Positions 34,631 through 49,073 of a stretch of DNA of 64,000 nucleotides are shown piece by piece (position 1 is the stretch's first letter; each line of letters begins with the position of its first letter). This DNA is from Octopus sinensis. Taxonomy: Eukaryota. The notes beneath the pieces were generated by a model. It saw nothing but the letters and a program-made list of their open reading frames with translations. It did not search any database and had not been told where the DNA came from. The stretch is from positions 54,374,001 to 54,438,000 of the forward strand of contig NC_043014.1 of assembly GCF_006345805.1 (NCBI RefSeq). The letters run 5' to 3'. The translations under genes were made by a program, and so were the position numbers.

Positions 34631-35420
34631 CAAAAAGGTTCTTTACCTTTAAATATCCACATTTTGCCTCATCACGTGAGGGTCGAGTCCGTCTAGCTTT
34701 ACGCGGGATGTCCACCCCATCATGTGACAGACCAGCCAAGCGTGCTACCCTCAGCCACATAGGGGGAGTCTTCCTGCTATTTTCTGCAGAGAGGTGGGTT
34801 TTTGCATGATGGAGTTCTGATCTTTTGCAGAGAGCAGTTATTTCACAGCCAGCCTCAACTCTTCCTTCGACGCATACATGGTTCCTGGCCTCCAGCAGAA
34901 GTTGTATCTCGCATTTGCGTTTCCTGTTCTATTCATCGTTATGTACCAACTGCATGTGAACCCATTGTGTACATCTTCTGGCCGTTCCTTCAAGATGTAT
35001 CTTTCCAGCTTTGCCGTCTTAATGCTTTTAACGGATTGAATAAATCGTCGTACTTAATCCTGGCTTCCTCGTTCTTCCTTTATCTCTACACACAACCATA
35101 TTGAAACCAGCAGGATTTATCAACTCAACTTTCAGCCGTTAAAGGTGCCGTAAAAATATTCAACTTTTTGCAAATATCCGGGCATTTTCAGACTCATCTA
35201 AAAAAACAAAAAAGAGAGAGAGAACAAAAAAATAGACGTTCGCGGCACACCTGCGGTTTCATACACGGCACACATTATAGGCACACATTGTATTCAGGGA
35301 CACAAAACTTGAAAGTATCAGTTTTAAATCTCTCTCTCTCTCTCCCTATTTTCGTGTTCTCTCTCACTCTCTCTCTCATTCTTTCAGTCTTTCTCTCTCT
35401 CTCTCTCATTCTTTCAGTCT

Positions 35421-35516
<96 letters not shown>

Positions 35517-35999
35517 CTGTATATATATTCCTATATAGATATATATCCCTGTTAAATCATACACGATACCACTAACCCCGCGAAACCCGTCTGGTGATAG
35601 GGTTGGTGAGGGGGGATGATGTAGTGGCGGGGCTAGGGGTGACAGTAGTGGGATCGGTCGTGGTGTTGGCGATGGAGGTAGTGGAGGGAAATATGGCGGC
35701 GGCGGTGGTGGTGGTGGTGTGGAGGTGGTGGTGCAGGGAAATGAGAAAGTAGAAACTGAGGAGTTGTTCGTTATTTAAAAAAATAAGCGAAGAAAGCTTG
35801 TAAGGAAGCAAAAAAAATATAATTACTAGGAGAAAGATAAAGAAAAAAAAAATGCTGAAGTTGTGGTGGAGAGGGAAAGGGAGAGAGGAAGGGAGAACGA
35901 GGGGGAGAAATAGAGAGGAATAATGGGGAGAAGATTAGAGAGAATAATGAGGAAGGAGGAGAGGGAGAGGAATTATTTAGTTGAGTGAAAAACAGCGAA

Positions 36000-36077
36000 A
36001 GAGATACACACGCACAGAGAGAGAGAGGGAGACGGATAGATAGATAGATAGAGAGAGAGAGGTAGATAGATAGAAAG

Positions 36078-36132
<55 letters not shown>

Positions 36133-36202
36133 GATAAATATAGATAGATGGATGGATGGATGGAGAGATAGATAGATAGAGAGAGAGAGAGAGCGAGAGA
36201 GG

Positions 36203-36244
<42 letters not shown>

Positions 36245-36270
36245 TAGATTGGCGATAGATAGATAGGGAG
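36000..36270. repeat. (GATA)n/(GA)n microsatellite
   Basis: Directly visible. Confidence 0.95.
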
Positions 36271-36929
36271 AGAGGCGGAAAGAAGGGGGGGAGAGAGAGG
36301 CATGCAGAAAAAGGCAGTAAGGATGGAAAAGAAAAACTCACAGAATAACATAAGAAAAAGAGATAAAGAATAAACAAAGAGAGAGGGGGAGAGAGAGGCA
36401 AAAAGAGAGAGAGGGAGAAAAACAAACAAAGAAAAGGGGGGAAGAGGGAGAGAGGGGAGAGAAGAGAAAGAAAAAGAAAAGGAAAATTAATCATTGACTG
36501 TTGACAGTTAATGTCTTTTTTTCTTTTCTTTTTCAGTAAATTTCTCGGGTTTTCGCCATCTTGTCACATCTGCATCCTTTTTAGGAGTTTAAACGTTTCA
36601 TCCATCACCTCTAGAGCGGCGGTGGCGATGGGAGGAGAATAGGGGGTGTGTGTCTTTAAGTGGTTACAGGGTTTGCTAGAAATGGTAGACAGATCTCACT
36701 TGAAATATAATCATCGCATAATTTAACATCTTGCAGATGGAAAGGACACAGGGAATTAAGGAGTCTTAAAGACGTTTCCTTAAAAAATACGTGAAGGTCA
36801 CTGTTAGAATTCTTGCTAAATGTCTTCCAATCAAGGTTTTCAAATTCTCACCGGATTATTTTCAATAAATGTGGTTCAGGTGGGATCTTTTGCCTAATGA
36901 AATTGGTAATAAAAAATATTACAATAGCT

Positions 36930-37585
36930 GAAAATTATGTAATCTTACCCAATCGGAAGCCTCTATTACCGGCAGTCCCGGAAGTCGTGGCTGTATCCCC
37001 ACGGGAACACTACACGCGAAACCTTTACGTAGTCACTCGACCTGTTAGAAATAGTAGCCAAATCTTCCTTAAACTACACCAGTACGTTTAAAAATACAAA
37101 AAGGATCACATCTTGTGCCATAGTATTGTTTATTTTTTCGCTTGAGACAGGCCCAAGTACTTTCCGTTTGTTAAGTGTCACGAATAACATCTAAATTAAA
37201 GTCACTCTCCACGGATATGTTTTATCGAACCCACGTCTCCTAAAATACTTACCGATCGATATTAAATGCACTTTCTCTTTTTTTTTATGACAAAATTGCC
37301 TTACAATGTTTGGTGGTGACGGAAAATACCATCATCGTTGTCTCAACACTACATTCCATACAATAAAAACATTGGTGACTAATTCTTTCTCTGCCGCCAC
37401 CGCCATGATAGAATTGCAAACTTTGTTTACAATTTTAATACAAGGAAAAGGAAAGTAGATTTAATATCAACCCGTGGGGCCCAGAAAGGGTTTCGTTTGT
37501 GCTGTTCCCATGAGAACAAACAGGCACAACTTCCAACATCTCCGGCAATGGAGGCTTCCGATTGGCTAAAATTACATAATTTTAA
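36930..37585. mobile_element. Old MITE with diverged ~80-bp TIRs
   Basis: AAATTATGTAATCTTACCCAATCGGAAGCCTCTATTACCGG is inverted relative to CCGGCAATGGAGGCTTCCGATTGGCTAAAATTACATAATTT. Confidence 0.65.
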
Positions 37586-38261
37586 ATGCTTGTAACAATC
37601 TGGGTTTCAGCAGTAAGGAGAACCCCTTTCTCTTTGCAAGGGTCAGGAAGTTCAGCAGATATGGGAGAAGAGAAGATGACACATACGCGGGTGCATACAC
37701 GTCCATGCATGTGCGCAAGTGTATGTGTATATCAAGTACGTATCTAAGTATATATATATACCTGTGTGCCTATGAATATATATTATATATATAAGTATGT
37801 ATGTGAGCGTGTATATGCATATATATATGGGGGGGGGTCGTAGATGTACGTATGTATGTGCGCATGCATGTTGAGTATATGCGTGTGTGTCACATGAATG
37901 TTATGTTTAATGTGTTATTTTCATAATTATGCAAATGACCCGCCTTCAACGCTTCGCTCTTCGTCGTCGTCGTCGTCCTCGGTGGTGGTGGTGGTGTTTC
38001 TCTTAGAACTTATTTTGTAGATGTAGGTACGTTTTCATGAGAGGCTTCGCAATTAGAAGGGATACGAAATTGTTAAAATTCCATGGGGAATATAGACGTT
38101 ATGAGTATGTAGGTATGCATGTATGTTTGTATGTGTGTGTGTATGTATGCATGTATGTATGTATGTATGTATGTATGTATGTATGTATGTATGTATGTAT
38201 GTATGTATCTATGTATGTATGTATGTATGTATGTATGTATGTATGTATGTATGTATGTATG

Positions 38262-38346
<85 letters not shown>

Positions 38347-38476
38347 TGAAGTGCCTCTCCAATGTCTAACCTACAAATATGTGATTTTTCATTTAGAAAT
38401 GGAGATGGTACTGAAGCATTTGTAACTTATATGAACGTTTGTATGTATGTATGTATGTATATGTATATATGTATAA

Positions 38477-38512
<36 letters not shown>

Positions 38513-38671
38513 ATATACACACACACACATATAAATATATATACGCACACACACACATATGCATATATGTATTTACATGCATGTACATATAATTAATTGC
38601 AACAGTAGCAGTGATAACGCTAAATGGTAATCTTGATCTCCGACTTCCACACAGTTTCCCGAAGTATTTGG

Positions 38672-38771
38672 NNNNNNNNNNNNNNNNNNNNNNNNNNNNN
38701 NNNNNNNNNNNNNNNNNNNNNNNNNNNNNNNNNNNNNNNNNNNNNNNNNNNNNNNNNNNNNNNNNNNNNNN
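38672..38771. other. Assembly gap (100 N)
   Basis: Run of N; contiguity across it is unverified. Confidence 1.
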
Positions 38772-39827
38772 CACACTGACGCCAGTTGTCAAGCAACGAC
38801 AAGGGACAAACAGACACAAAGATACACACACACACATACGACAGGCTTCTTTCAGTTTCTGTTTTCCAAATCCACTCGCAAACTTTTATTCCTCAGATCT
38901 GTTCAGATCTTATGGGACAGTTCCTAATGCACCTATAACCACTGGGATACATTTTACCCACTCTTTCCATAGTCTCTGTAATTCAATGCCTAGGTCCTGG
39001 TACTTTGCTATTTTTTCTATACCTCTCATATTGATTTTTTTTATCATTTGGGACTACATTAGAAGACACTTGACAAGGGGGGACATGCAGTGGGACTGAA
39101 CCCAAAACCCTGTGGTTGAGAAGCAAGCTTCTTACCACAACAGCCACCACCCATACTTATCCTACTCCACTTATACTAAGGTTAATGTTGTTGTGGTAAG
39201 TAGTCGCTCATGTCGAACTAGTACCCGGAACTAAGCTACTCTGGACTGACTGCTATTATGTGTATGCACGTTTAAAAATAGGGGGTGAGGACGGGGGGGG
39301 ACAGGGCATTGAATTGTAGGAAGGGAACGTTGGAAAAGTGATCGATGCTTTTAGCAATTTAGATTACTCAGTCAAGCGTAAAGCTTATTTATCCTGATTG
39401 ATTTGAGTTAGTCATCCTCCAGATTGTAGCTTTGAGATTTCAATGACAAGATTGTGGGTTTATAAAAGGTCGTTGTAGGGTCAGTGTGAGAGGCCAGATC
39501 TGGCTGGTCTGGACACAAAACAGAATATTTGGGCTGGACATAAAACAGAATATTTGGGCTGGACATAACTGGACATAACAGCTAAGTGTTTTTTAATAAA
39601 ATTAAAAGAAGTGATGGTCAAAAGAAATTCATAAAGCATGAACAATACGCTTGTTATAAACCATTTATGGAAACATCCCTAGTGAAATGTGGCCTTGGAT
39701 GAGACTAGCTAGACTCATCATCATCATCATCATCATCATCATCACTGTTTCTCTACGTCCACTTTCCCATGCTTGCATGGATCAGACTGAATTCACCGAG
39801 GCTGGATGCCTTTCCTGTCACTAACCC

Positions 39828-40215
39828 ACGCAGGAGTGGCTGTGTGGTAAGTAGCTTGCTAACCAGCCACATGGTTCCGGGTTCGTCCCACTGCGTGGCA
39901 TCTTGGCAAGTGTCTTCTGCTATAGCCCCCGGCCGACCAATGCCTTGTGATTGGATTTGGTAGACGGAAAACTGAAAGAAGCCTGTCGTATATATGTATA
40001 TATGTATGTGCGTGTCTGTGTTTGTCTCCCTAGCATTGCTTGACAACCGATGCTGGTGTGTTTACGTCCCCGTCATTAGCGGTTCGGCAAAAGAGACCGA
40101 TGAAATAAGAACTGGGCTTACAAAGAATAAGTCCCGGGGTCGATTTGCTCGACTAAAGGCGTTGCTCCAGCATGGCCGCAGTCAAATGACTGAAATAAGT
40201 AAAAGAGAAAGAGAA
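39828..40215 (+). mobile_element. SINE family A
   Basis: Similarity to 6018-6425. Confidence 0.9.
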
Positions 40216-40362
40216 ATGTTTGCTGAGCAAGGCAATACTTCTCCAAGACAAGGGACACTGCTTGCATGATGGTGACACTTGTTTACAATTGTCATAGGAA
40301 GTCGAGGCAAGAACGCACACAAAATGAAGTTACTTTTCTGTCCATCAACTAAATCCACTCAT

Positions 40363-40658
40363 TGCCAGTGCCACTGGACTGGCTCCCGTGCAGGTAGCAC
40401 GTAAAAAAACACCTCTTGAGCTTGGTCGTTGCCTGTACCGCCTGACTGGCCCCTGTGTTGGTGGCACGTAAAAAGCACCCACTACACTCTCGGAGTGGTT
40501 GACATTAGGAAGAGCATCCAGCTGTAGAAACTTTGTCAGATCAGATTGGAGCCTGGTGCAGCCTCCTGGTTCACCAGTTCTCAGTCAAACCGTCCAACCC
40601 ATGCTAGCATAGAAGGAGGACGTTAAATGATGACGATGATGACGATGATGATGATGAT
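40363..40658 (+). mobile_element. Family B (RTE 3'UTR) copy
   Basis: Two core units, conserved 3' end, (gat/gac)n tail. Confidence 0.8.
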
Positions 40659-40741
40659 ATGGATACACATGCACAGCTGCTGTGTTTTTGTATTCTCATT
40701 ATTTGTCTCTAAGACAAAATATGAAATACATTGGCACCATT

Positions 40742-40827
<86 letters not shown>

Positions 40828-40848
40828 AAGAGAAAGAGAGAGAGAGAA

Positions 40849-40895
<47 letters not shown>

Positions 40896-40950
40896 AAGAG
40901 AAAGAGAAGAGAGAAAAGAGAAGAGAGAAAGAGAGAGAGAGAGAAAGAGA

Positions 40951-41004
<54 letters not shown>
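40742..41004. repeat. (GA)n/(GAAA) purine tract
   Basis: Directly visible. Confidence 0.95.
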
Positions 41005-41015
<11 letters not shown>

Positions 41016-41429
41016 GGGGAGGGGGAAGGTTAGTCAGGGTTTTTAGGAGAATCAAAAGAGGTTTAATGTATGGGAGAGGCTAATGCAATAAATTGAATGG
41101 CTGGTGCTAATGACAGAATGTGTGCAGAAATCTCCTTTGAGAATTGGTTTGTGATGATAACTAGAACAAATAAATGTGTTAGCAGGAAGCCTGCTATTTC
41201 TCTCAGCTATGTGGAGAATGCAAAGAGAGGAAGAGAGAAACGGAGAGAGAGACAGGTGAGAGAGGGGAGAGAGAGAGAGAATGGAAGGGAAGAAGGGAGA
41301 TAAAGAGGGATAAAGGAAGAGAAGACAGGAGGTGGTTTAGAGGAAGATAATGGGAAAGTGCTCCCCCCTATCTCTCCTTAGAAATACTTTAAAATATAGG
41401 ATATTAAATATTATCTTGAGAAGCAGCTA

Positions 41430-41460
<31 letters not shown>

Positions 41461-42019
41461 GTATTTATTTCCTTTGAAGCTATGGAAAGTGATAAGGAAG
41501 TGTGTTTAAATGACAATGAAATAAAGAGGAGGAATAAAAAAAAAGAAAAACACAGACAAATAGTAAAGGAGAAAAAAATATATTAAAAAAAAATAAGTGG
41601 TGATTAATGGAGGGGAAAATTATGGCAAGAAAAGTTTAGAGATGAAAATAATAATAATAATACAAAAACAACAAAACTGGTGAGTCCTGAAGGTGTGGTG
41701 GTGGTGGTGTTTGGAGGTGATGGTGGTAGTGGTGGTGATGGTAGCGGTGGTGGTGGTGTTTGGAGGTGATGGTGGTGGTAGGGCCACAATAAAAAAAAAA
41801 TTAAAAGGAATAAAATGGTTCCTTAATGCATTTTTCTTTGGAATGTTCAGCTTCCTCATCCTCCCCCATCTCCATCTTTTCTTCTTCCTCTTCTACTCAA
41901 GGTAACTTTGCTAATTGTTGCTATTGATTCCTTGCCACGAAGCAACAAGGCTGATTCCAGGCTCCCAAGAAAAAGGGATCCAACCTCCATCACCAAATTA
42001 CTAATTCTTTATTGGCAAT

Positions 42020-42180
42020 GGGCGCAGGAGTGGCTGTGTGGTAAGTAGCTTGCTTACCACCACATGTTCGGGTTCAGTCCCACTGCGTGGCACTTGGGTA
42101 AGTGTCTTCTACTATAGCCTCGGGCCGGCCAAAACCTTGTGAGTGGATTTGGTAGACGGAACTGAAAGAAGCCCGTCGTA

Positions 42181-42213
<33 letters not shown>

Positions 42214-42430
42214 GCGTGTGTGTGTTTGTGTGTCTGTGTTTGTCCCCTCAGCATTGCTTGACAACTGATGCTGGTGTGTTTATGTCCCCGTTACTTAGCG
42301 GTTCGGCAAAAGAGACCAATAGAATAAGTACTGGGCTTAGAAAAGAATAAGTCCCGGGGTCGAGTTGCTCGATTAAAGGCGGTGCTCCAGCATGGCCGCA
42401 GTCAAATGACTGAAACAAGTAAAAGAGTAA
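42020..42430 (+). mobile_element. SINE family A
   Basis: Similarity to 6018-6425. Confidence 0.9.
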
Positions 42431-42989
42431 CAGCACCCCCACCCCACACCCACCACCGACGGACACACACACATGACTGGCTTTCCATGCAGTATCTGTT
42501 GGTCAGTCCGAGGCAATAGTAGAAGACACTTGCTTCTGGTGAGATAGAACCTAAGGCCATTCAGTTGCCAAGCAACTTTCTTAACCACACGGCTTTTAAA
42601 TTCAATACAAAACGGTGAAATTTCGAGAGAAGCTTTAATAGGAGGAACACGTGACATTTGGAGTGTGTCCCAGGAACAACTGGCATCCAAAATGTTGTCA
42701 AGTAGCTCCAGCTGCGAATAGGAACCAGAGAGCAAATGTCTCCGAGCCACATCTTGTCTTCAGTGACATCCGACATGACTTAATAAGAGCAGAGAATTTT
42801 GAAGAACCCACACCAATACAAGCCTGGTGCATAGTTTTTTCAAGGAATCTTCAGAAAATTTGATGTGGGTGGGGGTGGGGGGGTTGAACTCAGGATATAG
42901 AAAGAGGGGACCCGGGTATTTATGTCAGCACTACTGCCATTTCATCCCAACTCTAAGAACTTGTTCGTGTATACAGTAAAAAAGGAAAT

Positions 42990-43500
42990 GGTTAAATGTT
43001 TCATGATTGGAATGGCAGCAGCAGTGTTCCAGCAAATGCATTCCGTGTGGACAGCATCAAAGATCAGCTTTGGTGCAACGTTTCATCCGCAAAACTCCAT
43101 CATTCTGCCTGCTGCCCTCCATGTCAGTGAGACTTGGAAGAGCACAACAAGGAGGAATGAAAAAAAAATAAATGTATTCTATCAATAGTGGCTTGTAAAG
43201 ATCATGATGGTCAACCGGGGTAACCATGCCATAAATGAGAAGATCCTGAGGTGAGCAAGGCCACAACCATTGTAAGAGACTGTAGCAGAGCACCAGTTCC
43301 ACCTTGCTGAAGAATCAAAAACAGCCATGACTTGGGTACCAAGTGTGAAAGGGTGTGAAAGGGGCAAGTGTAAAAGGGACAAACTGAAGATGGTCACGGA
43401 ATATGTGTACAAGAATCGCTGCTGACCAAACTGGGTGGAGAAAGCTTGCTGCCTGCTGTGCTGAAGAGCGCAAGAGGAGCTAAAGCTAAGGCTGAGATGC
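42990..43500 (+). mobile_element. Ancient RTE-type LINE C-terminal remnant
   Basis: SVWTASKISF...NSIILPAALHVSETW...KINVFYQ*WLVKIM...INEKILR...AMTWVP resembles the RTE post-RT domain (IW.S..IS; LYGSETW; I.NEE.LR; W.P). Confidence 0.6.
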
Positions 43501-43922
43501 GCTAAATGGACTAATTAGCTGTTAGTAATTAGGAATCTAATTCTGCATTAGTTTGACACTGATTAGTACAGTGGTTAATCAGAATTTTACAGGTGTCCTG
43601 TCAGAGTTTGATATGTTGCCCTCCAGAACTGCACGCTTCACAGAGTTCTACATATGTCCTGCCGTAATTGGTCTGTGAGGAATTTAGAAATTATTATTTC
43701 AAGACAATCAATGATTAGCTGACAAAAAGCATTACAGAATGAAGACTAACGGTTATCGAGATTGTCTCAAAAATACCTGAAATGTAATTCTCTACAGACT
43801 CCTTTAATGTAATCTTTAGGCAGACGAAGGGCACAGCTTTGAGTAAATGATTGAGAATGCTGTAGACATTTGGACCCATTAAAATATAATAATAACCCTC
43901 AATTAGAATCAGTATGGCAGAG

Positions 43923-44560
43923 TCATCATCATAGTTTAGCGTCCGCTTTCCGTGCTAGCATGGGTTGGACAGTTCAACTGGGGTCTGGGAAACCAGGAGG
44001 CTGCACCAGGCCCAGTCTGATCTGGCAGTGTTTCTACAGCTGGATGCCCTTCCTAACGCCAACCACTACGTGACTGTAGTGGGTGCTTTTTACGTACTAC
44101 AGGCACAGGGGCCAGATGAGGCTGGCAAATGGCCACTATCGGTTGGTGCTTTTACGTGTCACAGACACGGACGTCAGTCAAGTGGCGCTGGCATCTGCCA
44201 CGTTCGGATGGTGCTTTTAACGTGTCACCGGCACGGGTATCTTAACTACAATTTCCATTTGATTTCCATTTTGATGTTGGTGTTAATGTACTTGACTCAA
44301 TAGGTTTCCTCAAGAACAGCAGGTTGCCCTACGATCCAAGGTTAGCACAGCAGGCCGTCCTGCGAGCCATGAACTCACTTCATTTGTCGGGTCTTCACAG
44401 TCACAGCATATCTCCAGAGGTCTTGGTCTTTCGTCATAGCCTCTATGAGGCTCAACATATGATGGTCATGCTTGACCACCTCATCCCATGTCTTCCTGGG
44501 TCTACCTCTACCCCGGATTCCTTCAACAGTTTGGGATTGGCACTTCTTCACAGAGTGAGA
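43923..44560 (-). mobile_element. RTE-type LINE 3' end: ORF C-terminus plus complete 3'UTR (family B)
   Basis: VEGIRGRGRPRKTWDEVVKHD...MTKDQDLWRYAVTVKTRQMK* (stop at 44375) carries the RTE C-terminal G.RGRGRP.KTW...D.....WR motif and is directly followed by three core units, the family B 3' end and the (gat)n tail. Confidence 0.85.
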
Positions 44561-45662
44561 TATATATGAACCGTCTGAATTACTGGTATAGCTAACCTGA
44601 CAGGTTTCCACAGAGTTACCATGTAGTCAGTCATTCGCAAGGCTTATGTTCAACTGATTAAACTTTTGTGGGGTGAGGCAAGGGTCTCACCTCCAATTGT
44701 GAAGTTAACTTCTTAACCATTTGGCCAAACTTGCTCCACCAAAATCAAAACCCTACAAACCCCTTTCTGTTTCAAACATAATAAGGAACAAGGGAGTCTC
44801 TCGGGCCTTTGGTCCACTAGAAACAGCAGCCAATCTCCTTCAGTAACATTGCACAGTCTGGTCACAGTTAGAATGTCTTTGATCATAGTTCTGCTTGACC
44901 AGTACATTAACAGACTAAAATACTTATATGTCATTTAGCCACGGCCATTAAAGTTTAGAAGTTCAAATCCCACGTAACAGAAACTTGTCTTTCAGGAGTT
45001 GATAAATAAAACACCAGTTGGTGTTGATTTAATATTTCTCGAATGCATTCGTCAATGGGAACAGAATTACAATACAGGACACCTCAGACTAAACAACAAT
45101 ACAATTATCTCTCTCTCGCCCTCTCTCTCCATATTCTTTTTTCCTTTGTTATATACAAACATAACATTTTTTTTATGCATGGTCTCTCTCTCTCTCTCTC
45201 TCTCTTTCACTCACTTTCTGAAATAAACACATGCCTAATTTCCCCCGTCTCACCCACAAACTAATGTCCTAATACATGCACATATATACACATATATACA
45301 CAAGCAACAGAACAGACAGCTTCTACGTCATTAACATATATTAACATACAAAACGGCAACAAACAGTTACAAATAACCACCACACACACACAATAACACA
45401 CATGAGCCAGAGACTTTCTGCTGTGCCACTCCTTGTTCCTAATGGAACCAATGACAGCGATTTGTTCACCAACTTTACAGGAAATCCAAGCACTTTTCTT
45501 TCTTCCTATTTAGCTGTGTTTTCGCGTCTTCTTTTTCTAATAATCTAAACGAGAAACAAGTGAATAACTCGACGCATTTGTAAATGAGAAAGTTAACTCG
45601 ATTCAGTATCATTTCTCTCTCTCACTACTTTTTACTCCGCGTAAAATTACCCGAAACTGTTC

Positions 45663-46033
45663 CTTGTTTCAGTCATTTGACTGCGGCCATGCAGGAGCAC
45701 CGCCTTTAGTCGAGCAAATCGACCCCGGGACTTATTCTTTGTAAGCCCAGTACTTATTCTATCGGTCTCTTTTGCCGAACCGCTAAGTAACGGGGACGTA
45801 AACACACCAGCATCGGTTGTCAAGCAATGCTAGGGGGACAAACACAAACACACAAACATATATATATACGACAGGCTTTTTTCCGTTTCCGTCTACCAAA
45901 TCCACTCACAAGGCATTGGTCGACCCGGGGCTATAGCAGAAGACACTTGCCCAAGATGCCACGCAGTGGGACTGAACCCGGAACCATGTGTCTGGTTAGC
46001 AAGCTACTTACCACACAGCCACTCCTGCGCCTA
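45663..46033 (-). mobile_element. SINE family A
   Basis: Reverse complement of the family A sequence. Confidence 0.9.
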
Positions 46034-46149
46034 TATATTTTTTTTTGTATTTAGCCTTTTTTTTTTAATGTCTCCAATATCCTGTATGTAACCTTGTGGA
46101 CCACCCCTTTCAAAACTGCCGGCCTTGTATCTAAATTAATTTTTATTAA

Positions 46150-46372
46150 AACGGCGGCGAGTTGGCGGAATCATTTTTGCGCCTGACAAAATGTTTAGCG
46201 ACACTTCTTTTTTTTACGTTCTAAGTTCAAATCCCGACCAGGTTGACTTTGCCTTTCGCAGCTTTGGGCCGATAAAATAAATGCCAGTTGAGCACTGGGG
46301 GGGGGGGTCGATGTAATCGACTATTCCCCTTCGCCAAAAACTTTCAGGCCTTGTGCCTATAGTAGAAAGGAT
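46150..46372 (+). mobile_element. SINE family C (alternative tail)
   Basis: Family C head and core, ending GGCCTTGTGCCTATAGTAGAAAGG. Confidence 0.75.
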
Positions 46373-47875
46373 CATCATTATCATCATTAGGTCCTTCATC
46401 GATATAATCGACTATCCACCCCGAACGCGAAGTTCTTGAAGAAAAAAGGACGGCAACTGTGACGTGTATTTCTGCTCCAATAGACGTCATCAGCACAGCA
46501 ACAGCCCCCCCCCCCACTTTACCTTCAGTTGACGAGACACTCAAGGGATAAAAAAAAACTGCAAACATTTATGGTCGAGGTTAATTAGTATAAATGAAGT
46601 GAAAATGGGGCAAAGAGAAATAAACCCACCATTGAATCAAAAACCCTATCGTTTTGAAAAGCTAAGACAACAGATTCAACAATATAGCCCCCGATATTAA
46701 AAAGAAGAAATGGGAAGGTCACCGCTGGAATGCCAATGATTATAGGTATGTCCCATCAGAGCTGACCTGGGGCTACAATCAACAACTAGCAAAAAAACAT
46801 TTGCGCAGTACAACCATTATCCATTAATTCTCTCTCTCGCTTTCTCTCTCTCTCTGTCTTTCTTTCTCCCCCCTCTCTCTCTTTATCTTTTACACACACG
46901 CACACACAACTCTTTTACAGACTGCTTCTGCTCTCTCACTCAGCTCTGCCAGTGTAAACCCAGGGAGAATTAGTCACGTGTAATAATATACAGTTTCAGG
47001 GTACATGTGAGGATAAATACACGGCCCACTAAGCAAACATAAACAGCATGATTCAGCATTCTGTCCAGCCAGTCACTGATACACACGAAAACACACACAC
47101 GGATTGGATAGACAGAATGCTTATCCGTGTCTTACATATTCCCCTCATTAATAAACAACAATACTAAAACTGACAAAAGCACTCCAAAGGACGAAGTCAT
47201 CGCCGTCGTCGTCGTCAACATCATCATTATCGTTTACGTACAGTTGGCTGTCCCGACATGGGGCTGGGGTCTCTTTACAACTCAACCCCTCTTTTCTGTC
47301 GCCAACCCTTTTAGTCACGCTTATAGGACAAGTGGTGAACCTCTTTTAAAACCAGGATACACAATGTATGCGTGTGTTTGTGAGAGAGAGAGGAAGACAG
47401 AGAGAGAGAGAGAGGGGAAGACAGAGACAGAGAGGAAGAGAGAGAGAGAGAGGAAGACAGAGAGAGAGAGAGAGAGATCATCATCATTTTAACATCTACA
47501 TTTGCATCCTTTTTCCATGTTTGTATGAGTCACACGGAGTTGGGTTAGAGTTTTCTTTTCTAAGGGCGAATGTTTCCTGATGCCAGTTTATCAAACGACC
47601 AACAGTTGGGACATGGTTGTGTAGAGAACCGTTACAAACAAAAGACACCAGTTGAACGAGATTTTTGTTTTCAAAGACCACACTACATTACGAGATGGGT
47701 GAAGAGGAATCCCGGACATGCTTTCACAGTGGACCGCAAGCAGGCGATACCATTTGCTTAAAAAGGACACTGTTTACAACCAGCGAATACAACACTTGAA
47801 TGGGTTAAATTTGTGAAGGAAAGACAGTGTCACGAACCATTTCAGGCTTCCCTAAGACTGGTGATAAGAAAGTTG

Positions 47876-47973
47876 GGATCTTTTCCTTTTGAAAGCCAGA
47901 TTTTCCTAGTTAACTAAACAATTTGAAACTTCGTATACTGGTAGAATGTGTCAAAAGAAAACAGAAAAGATCC
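47876..47973. mobile_element. 98-bp deletion derivative of the Merlin-like MITE
   Basis: GGATCTTTTC...GAAAAGATCC termini; TSD GAAAGTTG at 47868-47875 and 47974-47981. Internal sequence is the reverse complement of ~19378-19425. Confidence 0.85.
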
Positions 47974-48496
47974 GAAAGTTGTCCTTAGATTTTCCAGTTG
48001 AGATGAAGGACAAAGCCAGAATAATTACACTTCCGATGATTCACAGGAAATGACACCTCACTACTTAACATCCGTTATCCAAGCTGGCAGGAATTGGCCC
48101 ATTTGACAAAGATCCATTGAGCTGCAGGGCTGCGTCAAGCTTCCATTTCGGCTCTGGTATGTTTTCTATGGTTGGATGCCCTTCCAAGCGCCAACTACCC
48201 CAGCAGTGTGCACACGGGTGCTGTTTTTCATGCCACCAACACAAGTGAGGTCAGCAAACAAGTTGCGAGACAGAAGAGGAAAGAGAAAAGCCCCCACCCC
48301 CCACCCGTGACCTTGAGTGGGGGTGGGGCACAAAATGTGTCATTGTATTTTAGTATGTGTTTTTCTGCACCAGGTTCAAATCCTATCCACTCTGCCTCTC
48401 ATCGTTCTGTAGAGAAAAGGGGTCGATGAAATAAAGTACTAGCCAATATATTCAGCTGTTCATTTGACCTTTGTGTCAATGGAGGAAATCAACAGG

Positions 48497-48940
48497 GTGG
48501 CAAGCGGGTAGAATCGGGTGAAATGTTTAGTGGTATTTCTTCTGCCGTTATGTTCTGAGTTCAAATTCTACCGAGGTTGACTTTGCCTTTCATCCTTTTG
48601 GAGTCAATTAACCCTTTTGATACCAACCCGGCTAAAACCGGCTCTGGCTCTGTATACAAATGTTTCATTTTCGTAAGTTTCGAATTAAAATCTTCCACCA
48701 GACCTTGGTCACAATTTATGTTCCTAACACTAGCTTAATGATGACCAAGTTATTTTACTAAATTCTTTTTTATTTTTAAAATAATTGAAAAAAATACAGA
48801 GCATCTCAAAATAAATACAGTAATAAAAGGGTTAACTAAGTACCAGTTATGCACTGGGTCGATGTAATCGACTTAATCCCTTTGTCTGTCCTTGTTTGTC
48901 CTCTCTGTGTTTAGCCCCTTGTGGGTAGTAAAGAAATAAA
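48497..48940 (+). mobile_element. SINE family C interrupted by a piggyBac-like MITE
   Basis: The family C core is split at TTAA by the 48612-48831 insertion. Confidence 0.8.
48612..48831. mobile_element. piggyBac-like MITE
   Basis: TTAA at 48608-48611 and 48832-48835, CCCTTT/AAAGGG termini. Confidence 0.85.
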
Positions 48941-49073
48941 TAGAGGAAATCAACAGAATTATAAGCGCCCATGTTATCACTAAAAAGGGAAGGAGAGATA
49001 CACAGACACACACACACACTTGCCCAGTCAAGTGGTAAATAATGTACATCTATCTATTTATCTACCCTACCTA

